The notes beneath the pieces are model-generated. The model ran no database searches. It saw only the letters and a program-made list of their open reading frames with translations, and had not been told where the DNA came from. A stretch of DNA of 64,000 nt from Candidatus Omnitrophota bacterium. Its GTDB lineage: Bacteria > Omnitrophota > Gorgyraeia > Duberdicusellales > 4484-171. A program made the position numbers and the translations under genes. The DNA lies in contig WJJJ01000006.1 in NCBI GenBank assembly GCA_014729775.1, positions 16,694 through 80,693 of the forward strand, in the 5' to 3' direction. Positions 37,926 to 45,395 of this stretch are shown here, in pieces (the stretch's first letter is position 1; every line of letters begins with the position of its first letter).

Positions 37926-39068
37926 CTAGGAGAATTCCTGAAAAAGGTGGGCGAACGACACCCCGCACACCTCCCCGGCCCAGTACTGAGAGGTCACGTT
38001 CTGCATCGCTTCGAATAAATCCTCGTTCTGGATCCCGTTCTTCACCGAAAGATACGCCTCCACGAACGCGCAGAGATTATCCACCGCCTTGACCAGACTG
38101 CCGCTTTTGTACATTTCTCCTTTTTCGTCTTTAAGATCGGTAAATTCGCTCTCGGTATACATCCGCAGCTGCGCCTGCCACCGCTCGGGAATAAGCGTGT
38201 AAATCTTATTTTCCATCTCCTCCCGTTCGTACTCCTTGATAATGTCGCTTAACCCCTCCACCGACCGCTTTACCGGATTGATCACGTCGCGGGTAAGCAC
38301 CTCGGGAAGGTCGTGGAATAGTCCGGTGAAATAATTATTGGCACACTGCTCCCGGTTGGCGTTCACTTGCAGGGAAAACAAATAGGTCAGCATCGCGACC
38401 AGCAGCATGTGTCCCAGCACGGCGGTGCGCGGCACCCGGTGCAGATGGCTCCAGCGCACCTGAAACCGGAGCTGGCCACAGATGTTGACGAAATGCCGCA
38501 GCTTCTGGGAAAAAAGAAACTGCTGCATGCTTTTCAAATCGCCGTATTTTTCCTGCTTGGATCGGATATCCCTGCGGATCTCGCCGATACCGTATCCGGC
38601 CGGATTGGCGCGTTCGATAATATCAAATTCCCATTTGGTCGCGTAGAAATGGGCCGCGCTGATTATCCGCCGGTTGACGTTGCGTTCCCGGTCAAGCAGA
38701 TAATCCCGGAACCGCGTGCAGAAATCAGGTCCCAGCGGCGCGATGACCTCGTGAATCCGCTCATAGGCCCACTGGTTCAGCTGAACATATTTATCCCAGT
38801 CCTCTTTAATCCGGTGAAAAAGCGGAGGCTTGAGATCGGTCAGGACGGTACGCTGGAGATATTCGAAAATCCCCGCTTCGATGATCTGAATCCAGTCAAA
38901 CTCATCTGAAGTGCCTAGATCCTCCTCGAATTTCCCCAGCACAAACGCAATGATCATTTTATGCGCCTGCTTGTCCAGCTCGGTGAGTTCAACGGTCCGG
39001 ATCTGATCATTCCAGCGCTGCATGCTCGCCGCTTCGAATAATTTTAATAACAGAGGTTTATGAACCAT
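37926..39068 (-). CDS. HD-domain hydrolase (YfbR-like core with ~180-aa insertion)
   Basis: N-terminal LLKLFEAASMQRWNDQIRTVELTELDKQAHKM and FHDLPEVLTRDVINPVK correspond to the YfbR N-terminal helix and HD motif, but are separated by a long insert. Confidence 0.6.
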   Translation of the reverse strand: MVHKPLLLKLFEAASMQRWNDQIRTVELTELDKQAHKMIIAFVLGKFEEDLGTSDEFDWIQIIEAGIFEYLQRTVLTDLKPPLFHRIKEDWDKYVQLNQWAYERIHEVIAPLGPDFCTRFRDYLLDRERNVNRRIISAAHFYATKWEFDIIERANPAGYGIGEIRRDIRSKQEKYGDLKSMQQFLFSQKLRHFVNICGQLRFQVRWSHLHRVPRTAVLGHMLLVAMLTYLFSLQVNANREQCANNYFTGLFHDLPEVLTRDVINPVKRSVEGLSDIIKEYEREEMENKIYTLIPERWQAQLRMYTESEFTDLKDEKGEMYKSGSLVKAVDNLCAFVEAYLSVKNGIQNEDLFEAMQNVTSQYWAGEVCGVSFAHLFQEFS

Positions 39069-40395
39069 GATGAGACGGGAGGTCTTTCAGTAAAATATTC
39101 GACTCGGCACCGGCGATCCGACGATTGAAATCAGCAAGCACCGATTTCAGTTTTTTCAAGGAAGAGGTTTCAGGCACGGGAATACTCGTCGACCCGTGGG
39201 ATTCCAGCGTCCGGAGCACCGACGCGACGGTCAATGAATGCGCGTCCCTGGCCGGCTGATACGCGGTATCCTGGTAGCCGGAAAGTTGTACTTCGTTAGC
39301 CAGCCCGTCCTGTTGAAGCTCAAAGAGTATATCCCGTACCAGCCGGATGGGAATATCCAGACGGTGGGAAATATCCTCTGCGGGAAGAGGCGCTTCTCCC
39401 CGGTCGAATCGGGATACCATCAGATGAAAAATATAGAGTGTCAGAAGACGGCGGTAGTCCAGGCTGATATTGGTGCAGTCGGGCTCGTATTCATAGGTAT
39501 CCACGTTTTGATGAGCGAAAGATATCTCGGCGCCGAACAGCACGATCAGCCAGCTCAACTGCATCCATATCAAAAAAAGCGGCAGCGCGGCGAAACTCCC
39601 GTAAATCGCGTTCATACGGGATGCCCCGATCTGCAGACCGATATAAGCCCACTGCACCACCTGATACACCGTTCCGGCCGCGATCCCGGCCACGATCCCG
39701 GATCTGATATGCACCTTGGTATTCGGCATAAACACATAGATAAAGGAAAACAGGATCCACAGCACGACAAACGGCAGGAGCCTGAGCAAAAAGAAGATCA
39801 CCGGACTGAAGGCCCCCAGAAGCGCGGTTTTTTCGACAAGCAGGGTCACCTGACTTTGAATAAAAACAGTGACACTGCTAGAAACGATAAACAGCACCGG
39901 ACAAACCATCATCACCGACAGATAATCGCTGAACTTTCGTCCGATCGACCGAGGTTTCTTCACCCCCCAGATATCGTTGAAGGAACGTTCGATATTCCCG
40001 AGCACCCGAATCACCGTCCAGAACAGAAAAACGACGCCGATCCCTGCGACCACGCCGCCGCGCGTATTCTCCAGCAAAGTACGGGAAAAGGTAATGATCC
40101 TGGTCACCACTTCTTCCTGGCCCGAAAACTTGGTGAGCAGCTGCCTCTCCAGCATTTTGTCCAGGCCGAAGCCTTTGGCGATGCCAAACAGCAGAGCGAA
40201 TACCGGCACGATTGAGAGAAGAGAGAAAAAGGTAAGAGCCGAAGCCCACAACCGGCACTTATCTTCCTGAAATCCGCGTAAGCTGAGCACCACCACCCGC
40301 AGGGGTTTGATCACATATGATCTTTTTCCGGCAAGGTCCCGGCCGCGCACGCGCCAAATGTCCCGGGTGAGGAATTGAATGATTTTTTTTACCAT
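39058..40395 (-). CDS. YihY/BrkB-family inner membrane protein
   Basis: Six TM helices, LTFFSLLSIVP and GAEISF motifs, 445 aa. Confidence 0.7.
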   Translation of the reverse strand: MVKKIIQFLTRDIWRVRGRDLAGKRSYVIKPLRVVVLSLRGFQEDKCRLWASALTFFSLLSIVPVFALLFGIAKGFGLDKMLERQLLTKFSGQEEVVTRIITFSRTLLENTRGGVVAGIGVVFLFWTVIRVLGNIERSFNDIWGVKKPRSIGRKFSDYLSVMMVCPVLFIVSSSVTVFIQSQVTLLVEKTALLGAFSPVIFFLLRLLPFVVLWILFSFIYVFMPNTKVHIRSGIVAGIAAGTVYQVVQWAYIGLQIGASRMNAIYGSFAALPLFLIWMQLSWLIVLFGAEISFAHQNVDTYEYEPDCTNISLDYRRLLTLYIFHLMVSRFDRGEAPLPAEDISHRLDIPIRLVRDILFELQQDGLANEVQLSGYQDTAYQPARDAHSLTVASVLRTLESHGSTSIPVPETSSLKKLKSVLADFNRRIAGAESNILLKDLPSHHGS

Positions 40396-40486
40396 AACTG
40401 CCTGTCTGTGACGATCCCGGCCCCCTGATGCTTCATCCCTATTTTTGCGATCGGATATCCGGGATCCAGAATCTACACAAAAGTAA

Positions 40487-40744
40487 TTACCCGTATTTGA
40501 CCTTCATCGCCAGGATCACCAGTGCCAAAGCCAGGATGAACCCGTTGGCGGCGATCATCGGCGGTTCACGCAGTAAGATGCCGTACACCAGCCAGAAAAA
40601 CACCCCCAGAGCGAACATCGAAAAAGTCACGAATGAAAGATCTCTGGTATTTCGGGTCCGAAGAATGCGGATGACCTGCGGCAGGAATGATACCGCGCAG
40701 AGCGTTCCGGCAATGACTCCGACAAGAGTATGAATACTTTCCAT
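40487..40744 (-). CDS. SemiSWEET / PQ-loop sugar transporter
   Basis: 85 aa, three TM helices, PQ motif SFLPQVIRIL. Confidence 0.6.
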   Translation of the reverse strand: MESIHTLVGVIAGTLCAVSFLPQVIRILRTRNTRDLSFVTFSMFALGVFFWLVYGILLREPPMIAANGFILALALVILAMKVKYG

Positions 40745-40773
40745 TGTTTTCCACGCGGCGGGAAACGGTATGA

Positions 40774-41430
40774 TCAGCTTTCAATCCCATATTTTTGCGA
40801 TACTTCCCGCAAAAACCGCTGCGTTTTTTCCAGCACCTGTCTGGCCGCCTGCATGACTCTCAGCACTTCGGCTTCCGAAATGTCGTCGCGGGCGGCACCC
40901 AGCGTTTCCAGCTGGGTGTCCACTAATTCGGATATGATTTTGAGTTTATGCGCGTAGGTGGAATCCATCACGATTTTTAACGACCTCGGATTTAAATAAT
41001 ACTCCTTCTGTTGAAGAAGGTACTCGTCAAACCACATGTAGTTCATCAATACCGAAATCATCTGCAAACGGTCCCGCAGAGAAAGCAGGTAATACTTCTC
41101 TTTTTCGCTGATCCCCTCGTCGTTCCAGCGGCCCTTTAAAAAATTGTCGAGCCGGGTATAGACCGAATCGAGTTCCCGGAAATGCTGTTCAAACGGTCCC
41201 GCGAACTGCCCGTAATCGATCCTGGGCTTCATCTCCTCCGGCAGAAGCACTTCGCCCGCAGACGACCCTGCCCTCTGACCAGGACAAAGATGTTCTTCGG
41301 GAACGAATTGAAACACCATCGCCGCGCCGGCGGCACCTGCGGCAAGAAGCGAGAGAATCCACAAAATAAGATACCGGCTTCGCGCGTTCTTCATAAGAAG
41401 TATCATAACTCTTTTTGCGCAAGAAATCAA
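40774..41430 (-). CDS. hypothetical membrane-anchored protein (operon gene 4)
   Basis: N-terminal TM helix and a soluble domain. No recognisable motif. Confidence 0.4.
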   Translation of the reverse strand: MISCAKRVMILLMKNARSRYLILWILSLLAAGAAGAAMVFQFVPEEHLCPGQRAGSSAGEVLLPEEMKPRIDYGQFAGPFEQHFRELDSVYTRLDNFLKGRWNDEGISEKEKYYLLSLRDRLQMISVLMNYMWFDEYLLQQKEYYLNPRSLKIVMDSTYAHKLKIISELVDTQLETLGAARDDISEAEVLRVMQAARQVLEKTQRFLREVSQKYGIES

Positions 41431-41439
41431 TCGCGGAAA

Positions 41440-42363
41440 TTATTTTGCGGGAGCGGAAGAAGTAGTCACCGGCGGTCCCGCGGGCGCAGAAGAGCCCGAA
41501 TCTCCCGCGGACGGAGTAAGCGAAGGAAGGACCGGCTTTTCCAGGAAATGGTGATCAAGCGAGGCGGCCTGCGGCGGCATTTCTTTGGGCGGCGCGTTCT
41601 CGGCGACCGGGATGCTTTCGTCGCCGTAGGAAACCTTGAAGGGAAAGACGAACTGCACGGCTTTTACCGCCCGGTTATCGTAATCGAACTTAGTCTGCAC
41701 GTTGGGAAATATGAGCTTGATCTCTTCAATCCTGAAATCGGATTCCGGAAAAAACACGTGTCCTTCGTATTTGACGTTCGGATATATGTAGCCGCTGCGC
41801 AGCATCACTTTTTCCAGCATCGCGTCAATCCGATTGGTTTTTCGCTGAAAAAAATAATTTGCGATCTTAAAAGGCGCGTCGTAGTACCCCGGCGCGTAAT
41901 CCTCCCCAGCCTGAGTAAATCCCGATACCGGTTTCGACCAGCCCTTGGGCTGGGGCCGATAATAAGCCGCCAGATTCTGGTGCTGACCGTGCAGGTCATC
42001 GACGATAATGCACTGCTCCGGATAAATCCGGATCGGCTCATCGCTGAAATTGGCGATTTTCACGTCAAATACGATGGAATCATCCGGATAGGGATTATGC
42101 GCCCTGGTGCCGAAGAATTCACTGTCCAGAAAGAATTTATCGAGTTCCGCATGGGTCATGTGGGTAACGGTGATCTTGATATCTTCCTTGAGCACCGTCC
42201 GCGTTTTGGGCCGCAAAGAAAACTCCCCTGGCACCCGGTTTCGCTGACGGGAATAGAATTCCCGTTTTGAAAACTGCTCAAACGCCGGATTGTGCGAACT
42301 CCCGCAGCCGCTCACCGCACATAATCCGGCACACACGCAGCCGACAATGAAAATATTCTTCAT
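41440..42363 (-). CDS. hypothetical lipoprotein with Pro/Ser-rich C-terminal tail (operon gene 3)
   Basis: Lipobox AVSGCG at the chosen start MKNIFIVGCVCAG; low-complexity tail (PSAGDSGSSAPAGPPVTTSSAPA). Confidence 0.45.
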   Translation of the reverse strand: MKNIFIVGCVCAGLCAVSGCGSSHNPAFEQFSKREFYSRQRNRVPGEFSLRPKTRTVLKEDIKITVTHMTHAELDKFFLDSEFFGTRAHNPYPDDSIVFDVKIANFSDEPIRIYPEQCIIVDDLHGQHQNLAAYYRPQPKGWSKPVSGFTQAGEDYAPGYYDAPFKIANYFFQRKTNRIDAMLEKVMLRSGYIYPNVKYEGHVFFPESDFRIEEIKLIFPNVQTKFDYDNRAVKAVQFVFPFKVSYGDESIPVAENAPPKEMPPQAASLDHHFLEKPVLPSLTPSAGDSGSSAPAGPPVTTSSAPAK

Positions 42364-42441
42364 GTACCTCCCCCTGATCAAATCCACTTCAAATATATAT
42401 TTTTTTTTGTGAGTTTGCAAGCGGAAAACGCAAATAACGTT

Positions 42442-43116
42442 TTATCTGGGGACCGTTTCCCCGCGTAAAATTCCGGGCAGAGGCTCGGCGTCGATTCTCA
42501 GACCTCCGTCATGCTCGATACGGATAGTATACAGCAGACCGGGACGGAACCGCGTCCCCGGAGCCTCGATCTGAGCGCTTTTCACCCCCGCGGCATCGGC
42601 CTGTTCCGGATCCAACGCGTATTCCCAGAATCGCCGCCACAGCCGGCGTTCGAACCGGCTTTGCACGCCGGGAATTTTGTACCCCGCGGGAATTTCATTC
42701 ACCGGAGTAATCACGAACTCCTGGGTCTCGGGCCCGTCGAGCATAAACACCTTCCAGAACAGGTACGCGCTTTTGCCCCGTAACGCGTCCTGCTGACGCA
42801 GATGAATATCACGGAACCTGATCACTAACGACTGGAACTGGATCATATCGCCGGAAAACGTATAATATTGAGGCTGGAGCGGACGGCCTTCGCTATCATA
42901 TTCCAGGAATTTAATCGTGGTGCGGTGGGCATTGGTCGCGGGAATATCCTCCACCGCAGTCACCAGCACTTCAGCCGCGCGCGAATCCGCTTCCAGACGC
43001 GATACCATCCGGCGCAGGATCTCCTGCTGCCGCAATGAACGGTAATAAAGGAACCCCGCGGTCGCGGCGGCAGCGATCATCAGCAAGATAAGAAAAGAAT
43101 AAATCTTCGCGGACAT
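42442..43116 (-). CDS. hypothetical membrane-anchored protein (operon gene 2)
   Basis: N-terminal TM helix (IYSFLILLMIAAAATAGFLYY). No recognisable motif. Confidence 0.4.
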   Translation of the reverse strand: MSAKIYSFLILLMIAAAATAGFLYYRSLRQQEILRRMVSRLEADSRAAEVLVTAVEDIPATNAHRTTIKFLEYDSEGRPLQPQYYTFSGDMIQFQSLVIRFRDIHLRQQDALRGKSAYLFWKVFMLDGPETQEFVITPVNEIPAGYKIPGVQSRFERRLWRRFWEYALDPEQADAAGVKSAQIEAPGTRFRPGLLYTIRIEHDGGLRIDAEPLPGILRGETVPR

Positions 43117-43177
43117 CTCCCCCTCCTGGTTCACCTTCAATCATATCCAAAAGGGATTACGGTGTAAAGCGCTTCTT

Positions 43178-43765
43178 TTACATCTCTATCGGAAGGGACT
43201 GCTCTAAGGGAGAACGCGAGCGAAGAATAAGCGGCACTTCATTGGTAATCCGCCTGCCGCCCAGTACGCGCGGCACCCGATGCAGACACCATTCACCCGA
43301 AACCGAAAAAAACTCTAATTTCTGCATCTCAAAATGTCCGTACTCAAAAAAGTCAAAAATTACTTTACCGGTTTTTTTGTCCCGGGAGATGTACCCGCGC
43401 ACAACGTAGGTAAACGGCTGCTGGGGGTCGATTTCCTGAAACTGAACCCTCTTCTTTTCCTGCGAGAAGGACGGCCCGCGGGCGCTGACCAGTTTATCCG
43501 CGGGATGCAGATAAAGATGGATTTCGGGTCTTCCCTTTTTATCCAGCGCGATACGCTGAGGACAGGGAGCGTAGAATTCAAAGATGAGATCAATCCTGTC
43601 TCCCGGGGCGTACTCCTCTTGGGGAGTACGCAGCCGCACCACTACCTCCCGCTGGGAAGAATACAGCGATTCAACCAGTTTTACCGCGCCGAGCACCATC
43701 AACACAAAAACAGTTACCCGCAGGACCCAGCGCCTGACATGAGCGGAAGCAAAAATTGTTCTCAT
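43178..43765 (-). CDS. hypothetical membrane-anchored protein (operon gene 1)
   Basis: N-terminal TM helix (VLRVTVFVLMVLGAVKLV). No recognisable motif. Confidence 0.4.
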   Translation of the reverse strand: MRTIFASAHVRRWVLRVTVFVLMVLGAVKLVESLYSSQREVVVRLRTPQEEYAPGDRIDLIFEFYAPCPQRIALDKKGRPEIHLYLHPADKLVSARGPSFSQEKKRVQFQEIDPQQPFTYVVRGYISRDKKTGKVIFDFFEYGHFEMQKLEFFSVSGEWCLHRVPRVLGGRRITNEVPLILRSRSPLEQSLPIEM

Positions 43766-43868
43766 TGTACACCTCAGTTACACACTCAATTACTATGGTA
43801 AAGACACCGACCTGTTACGTCAAGAGAAAAGGCAAAGGCCGGAAGGAGGGATAAGGGATAAGAAGTAA

Positions 43869-43918
43869 GGGGGTAAGAGAGAAGAGAAGAGAAGAGAAGA
43901 GAAGAGAAGAGAAGAGAA
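43869..43918. repeat. (GAGAA)10 pentanucleotide microsatellite, preceded by degenerate purine-rich copies from ~43830
   Basis: Ten perfect tandem GAGAA units read directly from the sequence, 104-153 bp upstream of the 43765 start codon. Confidence 0.9.
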
Positions 43919-44083
43919 AAAACAGTGTGGAGACGGAAAGCAGAGGATCAACGACAGGCAAAAGAGAGCAACAGGACCTCTTTCCTCTGCGCAACAACGC
44001 AGCTATGCAAAATCGAGGATCAATTCGGACGGCACGACTTCCTTTATGCGCACCGGACGCCGCGATACGGGCAGGGAAATTCG

Positions 44084-44608
44084 CTATTCAGTCCCGAGGT
44101 AATCGTCGCGGTTCAAAAGGTCGTAATAATGGTCATTTATGACGGAATCTTCTTTCACGATGCCGTAAGAATGGGTTCCGGTGACCGAATCGTGATCCAC
44201 GGTACGGCCGTAAGGCGAAACCACCGCGTTACTTACCATCACTTCATCGAGCACGCCGGATAATCCGGTAAAAGTCCCTGAGAACACGACATAATCGCCT
44301 TTATTCACGTGTACCGGGAGCGCGAAGGAATCTTTCAGCATCAGCGTGACTTTTACCGCGAACGGCGAATACGGACTCGCTTCAGTGGAAAGCGTCACCC
44401 GGACGTCTTCAAACCGGTTTTTTTCAATACGGGTTACGTACCCTTTTCCGTTGATAAACTTATGAGCGTAATGCGCTTCCAATTCACGAAGCTCAGTTCC
44501 GGAAACGCCGTTGCGCAGCGCACCGTAAATATCCTGAAAAATATAATTCGCGTGTGCGGAACACGGGATCACCGCCAGCGCGATCACACAGATAATCAGC
44601 TTTTTCAT
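44084..44608 (-). CDS. secreted hypothetical protein
   Basis: Signal peptide (LIICVIALAVIPCSAHA). No recognisable motif. Confidence 0.45.
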   Translation of the reverse strand: MKKLIICVIALAVIPCSAHANYIFQDIYGALRNGVSGTELRELEAHYAHKFINGKGYVTRIEKNRFEDVRVTLSTEASPYSPFAVKVTLMLKDSFALPVHVNKGDYVVFSGTFTGLSGVLDEVMVSNAVVSPYGRTVDHDSVTGTHSYGIVKEDSVINDHYYDLLNRDDYLGTE

Positions 44609-44697
44609 GCTCCCTCCTTGTATACTCGGATCCTTCTAAGAAAAACATTTTTCTGTTGGTCCTCCAGAATCGGAGACCGAGGATCCTGCGTCCTGGA

Positions 44698-45078
44698 TTA
44701 CGCTCTTCCCTCCAGAATCTTTCCGACCGTCATCAATAACTCCTGGCTCGTCACCGGTTTCGCGAGAGAACGCACCTCACCGGTGAGATTCTTTAAAAAC
44801 TCTTCGTCTTCTTTGGTCAAAATCCCGGTAAGAAACAACGTCGGAATCATATTGGTTTGTTCATCTTCGGAAAGCAGCCGCTTGATATCTTCTCCGCGCA
44901 TACCGGGCATAATCACGTCCAGGATGATCAAATCCGGCTGGTGCTTTTTCGCGAGCGTAAACGCTTCTTTCCCTTCTGTCGTGGAAACGACCTCATAATC
45001 CGCCCGCTGAAGCATTTGCGTGATTACACGAACCACCTCTTCCTCATCATCCACAAGCAAAATCTTCTTATTCTCCAC
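44698..45078 (-). CDS. single-domain response regulator (CheY-like receiver)
   Basis: KILLVDDEEEV..DLIILDVIMPGM..K motifs. GTG start at 45078 is preceded by AAGGAGG; the longer ORF reaches 45147. Confidence 0.7.
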   Translation of the reverse strand: MENKKILLVDDEEEVVRVITQMLQRADYEVVSTTEGKEAFTLAKKHQPDLIILDVIMPGMRGEDIKRLLSEDEQTNMIPTLFLTGILTKEDEEFLKNLTGEVRSLAKPVTSQELLMTVGKILEGRA

Positions 45079-45240
45079 TCCCCCTCCTTGATTACGTACT
45101 TCTTCCCTTGTTATTGTACTCCATTTTCTCAAGAAAGACAATAGCATCCTGCGGAGGATCTGAATCGCGCGTATCAGGTGACCGGGACGAAGAGAGCGAG
45201 TTCCTTTATGAAGAGCTGATCTCGCGGCTACACCGAAATC

Positions 45241-45375
45241 GCATATCAGGACATCAGAATATCAGCGGGAAGTAGACTAAGGCATCAGACTATCGAGAAT
45301 AATAAGCGTGTATTCTGCTCTGTTTCTTTTCTGCCCCCCCCCGCTCACTGATATCTTATACTGATATACTCTATC
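45241..45375. repeat. intergenic repeat element copy C (most complete)
   Basis: Left arm GCATATCAGGACATCAGAATATCAGCGGG. Right arm CCCGCTCACTGATATCTTATACTGATATACTCTATC. The arm termini are reverse complements of each other. Confidence 0.6.
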
Positions 45376-45395
45376 GGCCTCTCACCTCTTCTCCC

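Noticed and set aside
43869-43918. Possible CRISPR array (GAGAA tract; also GTTAAC repeats at 47625-47751)
   Set aside because: The units are 5-15 bp with no unique spacers and no cas genes, so these are microsatellite/operator-type repeats and not CRISPR.
43815-43997. 60-aa ORF MLRRGKRSCCSLLPVV...LFSSLLFSSLLFS
   Set aside because: It is simply the translation of the (GAGAA)n microsatellite on the opposite strand, so it is not a gene.
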